DNA of 63,369 nucleotides from Chloroflexota bacterium (GTDB lineage Bacteria; Chloroflexota; UBA5177): NCBI GenBank assembly GCA_025966365.1, contig JAICWV010000002.1, positions 1 to 63,369 of the forward strand, read 5' to 3'. Shown piece by piece: positions 54,541 to 63,369 of this stretch (position 1 is its first letter; each line of letters starts with the position of its first letter). The notes under the pieces were generated by a model. It saw only the letters and a program-made list of their open reading frames with translations, ran no database searches and was not told where the DNA came from. The position numbers and the translations under genes were made by a program.

Positions 54541-56001
54541 ATGAGAGTCGTGACTGTTCTAGCTGCCGTTCTTGTTGCTGGGGTTCTGGCGGTTGCCGTG
54601 TGGATGGTGAGCGCCGAGGGCGCGCCCGGGACGGCCGCTCAATCGCCCTCTGCGCACGGTCATACGGCGGCGCGCATGGCGCTACACCGGCTCTGGCAGC
54701 GAAGCATCTCGGCCAATGCCGATTCGGCTCCAGCCTTCCTGGCCTATCACGGCCACCAGTTTCTCTATGTGCTGGCGGGCAACAACAGCTCCAACTGTAA
54801 TCCCGGCAACCCGGTCCGCCGGGGAACCCTCTATGCCTTCAATGCGGGCAGTGGAAAGAAGCTCTGGACGCGCGCGACCAGCGGGCCGTCGCGGTGTACC
54901 ACCGCCGGACCGGCGGTCGACCGGGGTCTCCATCGCGTCTACGCGCCGGGGCTGGACGGAAAGCTCCATGCCTATGACGCCGTTTCCGGCACGGAGATCA
55001 CGGGACACGGCTGGCCGTTCCGGGTCACCCTGATGCCGGATGTGGAGAAGGTCTCCTCGACGCCCTTCGTTCACGGCCGCTACGTCTACGTCGCCACCAG
55101 CGGCTTCATCGGCGATCAGGGCCATTACCAGGGGCATCTGGTCACCATCGACACGAAAACCAACACGGCCCACGTGTTCAACAGCCTCTGCAGCAATATC
55201 ACAACGCTCCTGGGCCCGACGAGTGGCGCTGCCAACTACTGCCCGTTCGTCGAATCGGGGCTCTTCGGACGAGGCCAGGGAGTACGGGATCCGGTCAACG
55301 GCGATGTCTACATCGTCAGCGGCAACGGGCCCTGGAACGGCCGCACCAACTGGGGGGATAGCGTCCTGAAGCTGAACCCGGCCGGCACCAGGCTTCTGGA
55401 CAGCTTCACACCCACCGATCAGGCCTACCTGGAAGGCAGCGATCTCGATCTCGGTAGCACCACGCCGGGTGTCCTACCGCCGCTTCGAGTCGGTGGACAG
55501 ACCTATCACCTGCTGGTTCAGGCGGGAAAGGGGCCGGTTTCACCGGGGAGCGGAGCCGCGATACGGCTTCTGAACCGCGACAACCTGAGCGGTACGGGGC
55601 AGGTGGGACGGCTGGGCGGTGACCTGGCAGATGTGACCGCACCCGGCGACACTGCAGTACTGACGGCCCCGGCGGTCTGGAGCCATGGCGGACAGGCATG
55701 GGCGTTCTACGCCAACGACAGTGGCATTGCCGCCTACCGGGTCACCCATAGCAACGGTGTCTGGCATCTGGGAACGGTGTGGTCGAAGGGGACAGCCGGT
55801 ACCACGCCTATCATCCACAAGGGGGCCCTGTACGTTCTCCACAACAGCGGCATCACTGTCTACGACCCGGCCACGGGTGCTATCAAGTGGAGCGGGCCTT
55901 TCGGTCCAGTCCACTGGGAATACCCACTGGTCACGCACGGGAGGCTCTTCGCCACCGACGAGCACGGAAAGGTTGTTGCCTATGCGATCACAGGAAAATA
56001 G
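54541..56001 (+). CDS. Secreted PQQ-like beta-propeller repeat protein
   Basis: N-terminal TM/signal VVTVLAAVLVAGVLAVAVWMV. Repeated blade motifs (LYAFNAGSGKKLW, LHAYDAVSGTEI, ITVYDPATGAIKW). Confidence 0.7.
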   Translation: MRVVTVLAAVLVAGVLAVAVWMVSAEGAPGTAAQSPSAHGHTAARMALHRLWQRSISANADSAPAFLAYHGHQFLYVLAGNNSSNCNPGNPVRRGTLYAFNAGSGKKLWTRATSGPSRCTTAGPAVDRGLHRVYAPGLDGKLHAYDAVSGTEITGHGWPFRVTLMPDVEKVSSTPFVHGRYVYVATSGFIGDQGHYQGHLVTIDTKTNTAHVFNSLCSNITTLLGPTSGAANYCPFVESGLFGRGQGVRDPVNGDVYIVSGNGPWNGRTNWGDSVLKLNPAGTRLLDSFTPTDQAYLEGSDLDLGSTTPGVLPPLRVGGQTYHLLVQAGKGPVSPGSGAAIRLLNRDNLSGTGQVGRLGGDLADVTAPGDTAVLTAPAVWSHGGQAWAFYANDSGIAAYRVTHSNGVWHLGTVWSKGTAGTTPIIHKGALYVLHNSGITVYDPATGAIKWSGPFGPVHWEYPLVTHGRLFATDEHGKVVAYAITGK

Positions 56002-56800
56002 TCGCGACAACCTGCCGGATCTTTCCGGACGGACGGCGCTGGTGACAGGAGCGGGACGCGGGATCGGCCGGGCCGCGGCGCTTATGCTGGGCCAGTGTGG
56101 AGCACGCGTGGTGGTGACCGCCCGGACGCAATCCGAGATCGAAGCGGTGGCGGCGGAGATTCGTCAGGCTGGAGGCGAGGCACTGGCCGCTGTCGCCGAC
56201 ATCGGCGAGCCGAATGCGGTGTATGCGCTCTTCGATCAGGCTGGGGTGGTGGATATTCTGGTCAACAACGCCGGAATTATCGGCCCTATCTCTCCCGTCG
56301 CGGATGCCGACCCGTCGGAGTGGATGGGCGGCATCCGTATCAACCTGGACGGGGTCTTTCTGGCCTGCCGCCTTGCCCTGCCCGGGATGCTGGAGCGGGG
56401 ATGGGGCCGGATCGTCAATGTCTCCTCTGGCGCCGCGCGGGGCCATACTGCTGCCTGGAGCGCCTATTCGGCGGCCAAGGCAGGGGTCGAGGCTTTGACG
56501 ACCGTCCTCGGGATCGAGCTGGCGGGAACCGGTGTTCGCGCCAACGCGGTGCGGCCGGGTGTGGTGGACACGGAGATGCAGGTCGAGATCCGCGGCGCGC
56601 CGGAACAGCGGTTCGGCTCCGCCAACCTGGACCGCTTTCGTGGATACAAGGAGCGCGGTGTACTGCGGCCGCCGGAGGAGCCGGCCCGCCTCATCCTCTG
56701 GCTGCTGTCCCCAGAAGCAGACCAGCTCAATGGCGAGGTGCTGGCGATAGATGATCCGGAGGTGTCGGCCCGCATCGGCCTAACTCCCCGGAGCCGGTAG
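55982..56800 (+). CDS. SDR family oxidoreductase
   Basis: VTGAGRGIGRA, NNAG, YSAAKAGV. Internal ATG start overlaps the upstream gene by 20 nt. Confidence 0.85.
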   Translation: MRSQENSRDNLPDLSGRTALVTGAGRGIGRAAALMLGQCGARVVVTARTQSEIEAVAAEIRQAGGEALAAVADIGEPNAVYALFDQAGVVDILVNNAGIIGPISPVADADPSEWMGGIRINLDGVFLACRLALPGMLERGWGRIVNVSSGAARGHTAAWSAYSAAKAGVEALTTVLGIELAGTGVRANAVRPGVVDTEMQVEIRGAPEQRFGSANLDRFRGYKERGVLRPPEEPARLILWLLSPEADQLNGEVLAIDDPEVSARIGLTPRSR

Positions 56801-58522
56801 CGGAGTGTCCCGAGGACTCTCCGGCTGCACCTCTGTTTCAGGGATTTGCGTGTAGGGGTAGACGAGGGCGCCGTCCGGGCCGAGGATCAACAGGATGCGG
56901 TCGGTTTCCGGCGCGTCCAGCCGCTCCCGGACTGCGTTCGGACCGAGGTGATCGGCCTCGATGCGGCGCGTCAGATATCCCTGCACCTGAAGCCTCCGTC
57001 CGTCTCTCTGCCGAAGTTCGTCCAGAAGAGGCTCGCCACCGGGCTCAACCAGCGCCACGATTCGTGCCCGGCGGCGGCCCGGAGAGAGGCGCATGTCGGC
57101 CCGTAACGAGAAGCCGTAGTAGGCGACGATGCCCAGAGCGATGAGGGCGGTGCCGAGGTACTTGAAGAGATTGCTGTCTGTAGTGGCGTTGAGTCCGCCT
57201 CCGAGGAGCGCCTGAAGCAGTGTCCACAGGAAGGCGATAGTGAAGCCGATGGCGGCCAGAGCGCCGACGAGCGTGGATGCACCCACCAGCCAGCGGCGCT
57301 CGATGCGGCCGCGCTCGTCGGGATCTTGCGCTGCTTGCTGCAGCAGTCTCCAGGAAGGCGCCCATAGCACGAGTCCCACCGCCAGGATGGCGATGCCCGC
57401 GCTCAGCCGGTCCACCCACCATTGGTGCCCGCTTACATAGGTGCGATGGGTGCCGAATAGGGAGTCGAGCACAAGCCAGAGCAGAATGGCGGCCGCGGGT
57501 GCCGCCATGGCCAGCCCGATGGCGGCATAGCCGGAGATCGCCAGCCGGCGATCGGACGGCACTACCTGGTGCTCCCCCTCGGTCTCCGATTCCGCGCGGA
57601 GCAGTGCCCAGTGGTAGATCCAGAGTGTCGAGCCCACCACCAGCCAGGGCAGGGTGTCCTGTAGTATGTGCCAGCCCGCACTGTCGCCGAAGGAGCGGCG
57701 GAGGATCTCATACAGGAGATCCGTGCCCGAGATGAGGGTCATGGCAACCGACGCCGCCAGCACGATGTAGAGATAGGGGAGCCGGAAGGCCAGGGGCGCA
57801 GTCTGGGACCGGAGGAAGATGGTGGCTGCCGACCAGAGGGCGCCGCCGGAAAGGATCCAGGCTGCGGCCTGCGCCACGAGCAGCGTCAGCGAGTGCGCTG
57901 AGGCGCCGAGAATGAGAGGGGCTCCCGTGCCCATGATCTCGGCCACGATGCCGGAGACCGCGGTCAGTCCGCCGATAGCCAGGAAAGTCAGGGCAAAGCC
58001 GCTGACGGCGAAGAGTGCCAGATCCTGCGGCGGATTGTGCAGTCGATTCTCGCGCCAGGCGGTCCTGGCGGCGATCGCCGCGGCAAGTCCGTAGATGACG
58101 ATCCGAATGACTGCGGGAAACGCATCCTGGAGCACCTGGCGTGTCTCGTGCTCGGCCGGGAGGCTGAAGATCACACGCAGGATGGTGTGAAAGGCAAAAA
58201 GTGCCGCGATCGTTCCAATTGCCGAGGTGAGGGCGAGGAAGAGGTGACGCTCCGGGGCCAGCCGCTCCGCAGCACTGCTCTCTGTACGTTTCTGAACCAG
58301 ACGCCAGAAGAACAGCCAGAGCGGCGTCGCCACGATCAGCGCCGCGAGGTAGTAGCTCACCTGCTGACGCAGACTGGAGCCCGAGATGAGGGTTTGGGTT
58401 GCGGGGAACAGCTGCGACAGGAGGAGCGAGGAGAGGCCGTAGACGGCAAAGAGGAAGACCATCAGGCCGACGAAGGAGACGGCGTACTGGACCAGGCGCA
58501 CGGTATCGGGTCGGGTAGTCAT
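56780..58522 (-). CDS. Large polytopic membrane protein with cytoplasmic C-terminal domain, unknown function
   Basis: 580 aa, about 12-14 hydrophobic helices, then a soluble ~100-aa tail (RRRARIVALVEPGGEPLLDELR...). Confidence 0.65.
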   Translation of the reverse strand: MTTRPDTVRLVQYAVSFVGLMVFLFAVYGLSSLLLSQLFPATQTLISGSSLRQQVSYYLAALIVATPLWLFFWRLVQKRTESSAAERLAPERHLFLALTSAIGTIAALFAFHTILRVIFSLPAEHETRQVLQDAFPAVIRIVIYGLAAAIAARTAWRENRLHNPPQDLALFAVSGFALTFLAIGGLTAVSGIVAEIMGTGAPLILGASAHSLTLLVAQAAAWILSGGALWSAATIFLRSQTAPLAFRLPYLYIVLAASVAMTLISGTDLLYEILRRSFGDSAGWHILQDTLPWLVVGSTLWIYHWALLRAESETEGEHQVVPSDRRLAISGYAAIGLAMAAPAAAILLWLVLDSLFGTHRTYVSGHQWWVDRLSAGIAILAVGLVLWAPSWRLLQQAAQDPDERGRIERRWLVGASTLVGALAAIGFTIAFLWTLLQALLGGGLNATTDSNLFKYLGTALIALGIVAYYGFSLRADMRLSPGRRRARIVALVEPGGEPLLDELRQRDGRRLQVQGYLTRRIEADHLGPNAVRERLDAPETDRILLILGPDGALVYPYTQIPETEVQPESPRDTPLPAPGS

Positions 58523-58532
58523 TCGCTGCTCC

Positions 58533-59021
58533 TTAGCTGCCGGGAAGATAGGGCGGGCCGGTGATGAGCCAGCGGCTGCTGGTTTTGGTCAACGTGAAGA
58601 CGACCCGATTGGAGTCGCTGGACGCGCCAAAGGGGCCGCCGGAGAAGGAGGAGATCTGCACGGTCACGCTCGCCTCCCCCTGGCCTGAAGTCGTCGAATC
58701 GAGCGTCACCTGGTGCGAGGACTGGCTCCAGGAGGCAAATTGCTGGGCGAACTCCGCTCGAGTCATGGTGCCTTCCGGTCCGTAATCGGTGATCTGGGTC
58801 ATCCGGTATGCCTGGTCCAGTTTCCCGCTTTGCAGAAGGTTGAGATAGCGCTGGACGGTGCCTTCGGGGCTGTTGGCCGGGTAGGTTACCGCCTGCTGGG
58901 TGTGCGAGAGAATGACGGCAAGGATGACCCCGGCGACGATCAGCAGGACGGCGCCGCCGATTACGGCGAGGAAGGCCGGTGTCCAGGGCGACCGGCGAGG
59001 AGTGGTGGTGCTTGCTTCCAT
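58533..59021 (-). CDS. Single-pass membrane-anchored hypothetical protein
   Basis: Internal ATG (MEASTTTPRR) followed by the TM AFLAVIGGAVLLIVAGVILAVIL and a small beta-rich ectodomain. Confidence 0.55.
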   Translation of the reverse strand: MEASTTTPRRSPWTPAFLAVIGGAVLLIVAGVILAVILSHTQQAVTYPANSPEGTVQRYLNLLQSGKLDQAYRMTQITDYGPEGTMTRAEFAQQFASWSQSSHQVTLDSTTSGQGEASVTVQISSFSGGPFGASSDSNRVVFTLTKTSSRWLITGPPYLPGS

Positions 59022-59185
59022 CGGTATCCTCCGTGCAGACCCGGGCTTGACGTTCTGGCCGCCAGTGTACGCCTGCGCACCGCGTTGCGCATCCGGGAGC
59101 CAACGGACATGGCCGGGTGCCCGCGCGTAGACCCGTCTACGTGGGCCTACTGAACCCGATTTCCTCCGTAGTCTTGCGGCAGTTG

Positions 59186-61288
59186 CTACTTTGGCGACTG
59201 CGCGTCGGTCACGATCTCTGCCGGCGAGGCTCCAGCATTCCAGCGCCAGAGGCCGCCCCGGGAGAAGTAGAGCACGGCCCTGTCGGACCCCGGTGCCCAG
59301 AATGCCGAAGCGGGAACCGGAGCGTGAGCGAGCAGGCGTCCCCGTGCCGTCCGCATCTCGGTCCCGCCTGGACACGCCAGCAGCAAGCTTGTTCGTGTGG
59401 ATGACCACGCTCCGGGCCGGCAGCCCCTGGTCCCGGGAACTGACAGCCAGCGGCTGCCCGCGGCGCGGACCCAGACGCGTCCCTGCCGCGTCCGAGCGAT
59501 CGAGCGGCCGTCGGCGGAGAGGCTGGGCCGGTGCATGAAGACACCCGCCCATACGCTGTCGCGCTTGCCGATGAGCGCGTCACGGACCTCAACGCGGTGC
59601 GTCGCGCCATTCCAGAGGAGGACCATTTTTCCACTGTGGTCCCAGCCCAGAAGCCTCGCTTCAGCGGGCAGGGACCAGTTCGCTGCGCTGCCGGTGGTAT
59701 CCGCGACGTAAAGCGTGGAGTTCTGGACTACGGCCACGCGCGTGGCCGACGGAGACCAGTGAGGCCTACCGGGTGCCGTCCCGGAACCGGAGAGGATGGT
59801 ACGGGCAAGACAGCCGGGACACACCAGGCGCACCGACCACTGTTCATCACTTCCGGCCACGTACGCCGCCGAGACCCCGTCCGGAGAAAGAGCTGCCGAG
59901 CGCACGTCCGCATCGACGGTGATGGAGCCGGGATCGATGCCCTGCCCATTGGTCTGCCAGAGAACGCCGTTTCGAATAAAGAGCACGCTTCGCGGGCTGC
60001 TGTCCTGAAGATCGATGGGCAGACCGTTCACGGTCGACTGCCAGTGGAGGCCACCGTCCTCCGAACGGAAGATCCCGTCGCCGTTCAGCGAGACATAGAC
60101 CCAGGCGGGATGCTCGGGAACTGACGACAGTGAATAGACATAGGGATCGAGCGGAAGCCCCACTTCTGAGAAAGTCCAGTGCCGGCCGGCGTCGGTCGAG
60201 CGATACAGGCCACCGCTGGTTCCGGCCAGGATGAATGAGCCGCCGTCGAGTACGGAGGTCGTGAAGGCATGGCGCGGGCTGCGCTTGACCCATGACTGAC
60301 CTCCGTCGGTCGAGACATAGGTGCCCCGGTCCGTGGCCGCCCACATGCGGCCGCGCTGTCCGATGGCCACATTCAGAACATTCTTCCTGAGACCCGCTGC
60401 ACGCCGTTGCCAGGTCTCTCCGCCATTGGTAGAGACGGCCACCCCGCCGCCCCAGATTCCAGCGAAGAGGGTGCCGTTCCCCGCCAGGGTGAGGGACTGA
60501 ACGCCATATGGCGCGAAGATGCGCCCGGGACCATCCTGGTGCCAGGTATGGCCCTGATCGGTGCTGGACCATACAACGCCGGGGCCGAGGTAGAAGGTTT
60601 GTGGTTGCCGGCGGCTCTGCATCAGGAACATGTTCATGGCGCCCTGCACCCCTGAGGCGGACAGGCGCCAGTGGTGGCCCCGGTCAGCTGAATCGTAGAC
60701 GGAGTGCTTGGCGGCCACCAGGAAATGGGCGGGATTCGACCGATCGACGGCGACATCCCGAATACTCAGGCCGCGTGGCAGGGCGCCGACTCGGGCCCAG
60801 GAGCCGCCCGCGTTCCAGGATTGATATACCTGCCCCCAGGCACCGACAAGGAGATGATTGGGATGGGCCGAATCGACAGCCAGAGGGAAGGCGATGCGTG
60901 GTCGCTGCAAATGCCAGGCGGCGCCCGCGGGCGTGACGGCGCCTTTCCGCTGGAGCGCCTGGGGGAGAAAGAGCGCGACCAGGACGGACGCGATTGCGAC
61001 CGGCATGGCCAGAGCTGCCAGGCGGCGAGACGGCAGCCAGAGCCGTCTCACCGGCGCACGTCCTTCGGCCTCCAGGCGAGACCGGACATGCTGACGGACA
61101 GAGGTGCCGGGTGCCGCACTGAGTCCATGTAGAAGCAGGTCGTCCATGCGAACCTGCTCGTGGCGGTAGGCGGCACAGGCGGAACAGCCCTCGAGGTGGC
61201 GCTCCAGATGGCGCTCGTCGATGGGGTGCAGGCTGTCCGGCTCCTGCAGCCAGAGGCGAGCGGTTCGGCAGGTAAGATGGTCGTTCAC
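59186..61288 (-). CDS. Anti-sigma factor (zf-HC2) fused to BNR/Asp-box propeller and PD40/TolB-like propeller
   Basis: HLEGCSAC zinc motif, TM LAALAMPVAIASVLVALFL. Seven Asp-box-like units (e.g. STDQGHTWH, STNGGETWQ, STDGGQSWV, STDAGRHWT). C-terminal SPDG/SADG units. GTGA overlap with the sigma gene. Confidence 0.8.
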   Translation of the reverse strand: MNDHLTCRTARLWLQEPDSLHPIDERHLERHLEGCSACAAYRHEQVRMDDLLLHGLSAAPGTSVRQHVRSRLEAEGRAPVRRLWLPSRRLAALAMPVAIASVLVALFLPQALQRKGAVTPAGAAWHLQRPRIAFPLAVDSAHPNHLLVGAWGQVYQSWNAGGSWARVGALPRGLSIRDVAVDRSNPAHFLVAAKHSVYDSADRGHHWRLSASGVQGAMNMFLMQSRRQPQTFYLGPGVVWSSTDQGHTWHQDGPGRIFAPYGVQSLTLAGNGTLFAGIWGGGVAVSTNGGETWQRRAAGLRKNVLNVAIGQRGRMWAATDRGTYVSTDGGQSWVKRSPRHAFTTSVLDGGSFILAGTSGGLYRSTDAGRHWTFSEVGLPLDPYVYSLSSVPEHPAWVYVSLNGDGIFRSEDGGLHWQSTVNGLPIDLQDSSPRSVLFIRNGVLWQTNGQGIDPGSITVDADVRSAALSPDGVSAAYVAGSDEQWSVRLVCPGCLARTILSGSGTAPGRPHWSPSATRVAVVQNSTLYVADTTGSAANWSLPAEARLLGWDHSGKMVLLWNGATHRVEVRDALIGKRDSVWAGVFMHRPSLSADGRSIARTRQGRVWVRAAGSRWLSVPGTRGCRPGAWSSTRTSLLLACPGGTEMRTARGRLLAHAPVPASAFWAPGSDRAVLYFSRGGLWRWNAGASPAEIVTDAQSPK

Positions 61289-61875
61289 GCGCCACCCTCC
61301 ATGTCATAGGCCTTGCGGAACGCCTCACGCGCCCGCAGCAGGCGCACCTTGATCGCTCCCTCGGAGGTGCCGAGGATCTGGCCGATCTCACGGCAGGAGA
61401 GCCCGCTCGAGACCTGCATGAGAAGTGGCTCGGAGTATTGCCGTGGAAGCCGCGCCAGCACGCGCTGCACAAGGTCGCTCAAAGCCACCGCATCCTGCAG
61501 CTCCGGTCCGCCCTGCGGCCGGTCGAAGTCGCCCAGCGGCACCTGCGGCCGGACTTTACGACGCCGGTGGTGACTGCGCGCCTGGTTGAGGGCGATGGTG
61601 TGCAGCCAGGCGGAAACCTTGAGGTCTCCCCGTACGCGAGGTAGGGCACGGTAGGCGGAGAAGAAGGTTTCCTGGCAGAGCTCCTGGGCGATATCGATGT
61701 CACCGACCAGGCCGACCAGAAAGCGCTGGAGCCGCTGCTCGTAGCGACACATGATGAAGTCAAACGCATCAATATCTCCGGCACGCGCCCGTTCGACCCA
61801 CGCCTGCTCGTCGACCGGACCCGCGTACTGTCCCTCCCCCCCGGCCAGCGGCATCGCCAGAGCCACCTCGCTCAT
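61285..61875 (-). CDS. ECF-type RNA polymerase sigma factor
   Basis: Region 2 IAQELCQETFFSAYRAL. Region 4 LSCREIGQILGTSEGAIKVRLLRAREAF. Confidence 0.9.
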   Translation of the reverse strand: MSEVALAMPLAGGEGQYAGPVDEQAWVERARAGDIDAFDFIMCRYEQRLQRFLVGLVGDIDIAQELCQETFFSAYRALPRVRGDLKVSAWLHTIALNQARSHHRRRKVRPQVPLGDFDRPQGGPELQDAVALSDLVQRVLARLPRQYSEPLLMQVSSGLSCREIGQILGTSEGAIKVRLLRAREAFRKAYDMEGGA

Positions 61876-61912
61876 CTCATCTCCGGTGCGCGGAATGCTT
61901 CCTCTCCTTCAA

Positions 61913-61941
61913 TCAACGCAGCGGTTGTGCCGGAGGTTACA
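61913..61941 (-). promoter_or_regulatory. Candidate ECF-type autoregulated promoter
   Basis: Minus strand reads tgtAACc-N17-CGTtga about 40 nt upstream of the sigma start, resembling the GGAAC-N16/17-CGT ECF consensus. By eye only. Confidence 0.25.
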
Positions 61942-61962
61942 CCAGATGAGCCCTCGTACCGA

Positions 61963-62072
61963 CCCTCATCCCCCTAACCCCCTTCTCCCATGGGATGGGC
62001 GAAGGGGGAACAAAGCAGAGGAACTTCCTCCCCCTCGCCTGCTCCGCGGGAGAGGGGGTCGGAGGGTGAGGG
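61963..62072. repeat. Dispersed ~105-bp G/C-tract repeat, copy 2 (inverted relative to copy 1)
   Basis: Aligns with the reverse complement of 22807-22912. Abuts the dioxygenase stop codon. Confidence 0.75.
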
Positions 62073-63029
62073 TCACACCTCCAGTGGCTGCAGCTGCTTC
62101 TCGATCTCCTCGCGGCGCGGTTCCAGGAAGGGTGGGAGCGAGAGGTGCTGGCCAAGCTGACTGACGTCTTCGTCGGCGGTGAAGCCGGGGCCATCCGTCG
62201 CGATCTCGAAGAGGACTCCGCCCGGCTCGCGGAAGTAGATGGAGCGGAAGTAATACCGGTCGATCACCGGCGTCACGGCCACGCCATGCTGCATCAGGAA
62301 CTGCTGCCACTGCCGGTGCTGGACGTCGTCCGGAGTCCGGAAGGCGACGTGATGAACGCCGCCGATACCAACCTGCGACGCGGGGAGATCTGGCCGCTCC
62401 TCGACGTGGACCTCGGTGCCGAGCCCGCCGGGACCGCTGGAAAAGACGACCGCCTTGCGAGAAGGATTGTCCGGAAACTTGTACTCGCCGCTTTGCCGAA
62501 ATCCGAGGATATCGGTCAGGAACTTCGCCGTGGGCATCAGCGTATCCACGGTCAGCGTCACCGCGCCAAAGCCGCCCAGTTGAAACTCCTCCGGGACCGG
62601 GCTCTCCTTCCACGGCGTTGCATGACTCGGTCCCCCTGCAACCAGCTCCAGTCGCTGTCCCTCTGGATCGAGGAAGGGAACCACGGCCCGCTCGTAGCGC
62701 TCCTCGATCGCCCCTGCGCGCACGCCCTCTCTGGCGAAGCGATCGGTCCACCAGACGAGAGCCGCGCGGTCGGGAACCATGAATGAGATTGCCGTCACAT
62801 CGCCCTTTCCTGCGATATGGTGTGGCACGTCCGGCCAGTCGAAGAAGGTCATCTCGGTGCCGGGATGCCCGACCTCGTCGCCGTAGAACAGGTGGTAGGT
62901 GGAGGTGACGTCCTGGTTGACGGTTTTCTTCACCAGCCGAAGCCCCAGCGTCTCTGTATAAAAATCGACATTCTCGCGTGCCTGGCCGGTCACCGCGGTT
63001 ACATGATGGATTCCGAGTAGCTCGTCCAT
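62073..63029 (-). CDS. Ring-cleaving dioxygenase, VOC/glyoxalase superfamily (MhqA/MhqO-like)
   Basis: GIHHVTAVTG...NVDFYTETLGLRLVKKTVNQD...YHLFYGDE, plus a second VOC module GGVHHVAFR. Confidence 0.85.
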   Translation of the reverse strand: MDELLGIHHVTAVTGQARENVDFYTETLGLRLVKKTVNQDVTSTYHLFYGDEVGHPGTEMTFFDWPDVPHHIAGKGDVTAISFMVPDRAALVWWTDRFAREGVRAGAIEERYERAVVPFLDPEGQRLELVAGGPSHATPWKESPVPEEFQLGGFGAVTLTVDTLMPTAKFLTDILGFRQSGEYKFPDNPSRKAVVFSSGPGGLGTEVHVEERPDLPASQVGIGGVHHVAFRTPDDVQHRQWQQFLMQHGVAVTPVIDRYYFRSIYFREPGGVLFEIATDGPGFTADEDVSQLGQHLSLPPFLEPRREEIEKQLQPLEV

Positions 63030-63215
63030 TGACCTTTCCCTCCGGTATGTACCTCATGCTAGAGGCTGCGCTCTGGAAAACGGGGCTCCGGACTCAAGAT
63101 GTAAGGCCGATGTGCAATCGCTGGATGGGCAGTGCGCGGGCGCCTCACAGTCGCCGGATTGCACGCGCCGCGGCAATCTGCGATGGCGGGATTAGGTGTA
63201 CGGGTGCCTGGTGAT

Positions 63216-63283
63216 CGCGAGATTGGACGTGGTGGGATGATGCGCCATCCGCGAGATTGGACGCGGCGGGATGGTATGCCATC
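63216..63283. repeat. Two tandem 34-bp units (cgcgagattggacg.gg.gggatg......gccatc)
   Basis: Units 63216-63249 and 63250-63283 differ at 5 of 34 positions by my count. The related motifs gatgtgcaatcgc (63109, 63331) and gagatgtagg (63287, 63350) flank them. Region is cut by the window end. Confidence 0.7.
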
Positions 63284-63369
63284 GCGGAGATGTAGGAGCG
63301 ATATACAGTCACTGGATTGGATGTACTGGCGATGTGCAATCGCGGGCCCGAGATGTAGGGGCGAGGTGC

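Noticed and set aside
63216-63283. Possible CRISPR array, because of the 34-bp direct repeats.
   Set aside because: The two units are directly adjacent with no spacers and are only ~85% identical. No cas genes lie in the window.

Overview
Gene-dense, high-GC bacterial chromosomal window with about 57 supportable protein-coding genes. I found no rRNA, tRNA or CRISPR array. I cannot assign a taxon from sequence alone; the GGAGG-type ribosome-binding sites and dispersed G/C-tract palindromic repeats are at best compatible with a high-GC Chloroflexota- or Actinomycetota-like genome.

Layout:
- 1-7.6 kb: metabolism and envelope genes (acyl-CoA synthetase fragment, FMN-binding exported protein, RidA, acyl-CoA dehydrogenase, FtsB-like protein, holA, CPBP protease, LCP protein).
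- 7.6-15.4 kb: three dynamin-like GTPases. Two of them sit in a tightly coupled minus-strand operon with an M48 metallopeptidase, galE and a small membrane protein.
- 15.6-21.6 kb: SDR, NUDIX, and a sugar ABC-uptake/glycosidase operon.
- 21.8-25.7 kb: SEC-C/HEAT protein, a dispersed repeat, and a catalytically degenerate IS200-like TnpA directly upstream of a ClpC-like unfoldase that has a zinc-ribbon N-terminus.
- 25.8-35.3 kb: multicopper oxidase, receiver-BTAD regulator, orphan CoxE-type VWA protein, L,D-transpeptidase, and a NarL-type two-component pair.
- 35.4-49.7 kb: accessory-looking block. It holds a MalT/LAL-type regulator, small and membrane proteins, an orphan 939-aa membrane protein of mosaic composition, a secreted 14-repeat cysteine-pair protein, an XRE-HTH/TM/NHL protein and an ECF sigma/anti-sigma pair. 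About 88-bp direct repeats bracket the middle two-gene module.
- 49.7-63.4 kb: GrpB, PQQ-like propellers, a P-loop/nucleotidyltransferase pair, a PurM-superfamily protein, an SDR, a second ECF sigma operon whose anti-sigma carries a BNR + PD40 ectodomain, and a VOC dioxygenase.

Best candidate for an undescribed system: the M48 peptidase + dynamin-like GTPase module (7.6-13.9 kb). Second: the repeat-bracketed propeller/sensor block (40.4-48.9 kb).

All product calls come from motif reading by eye; no database search was run.
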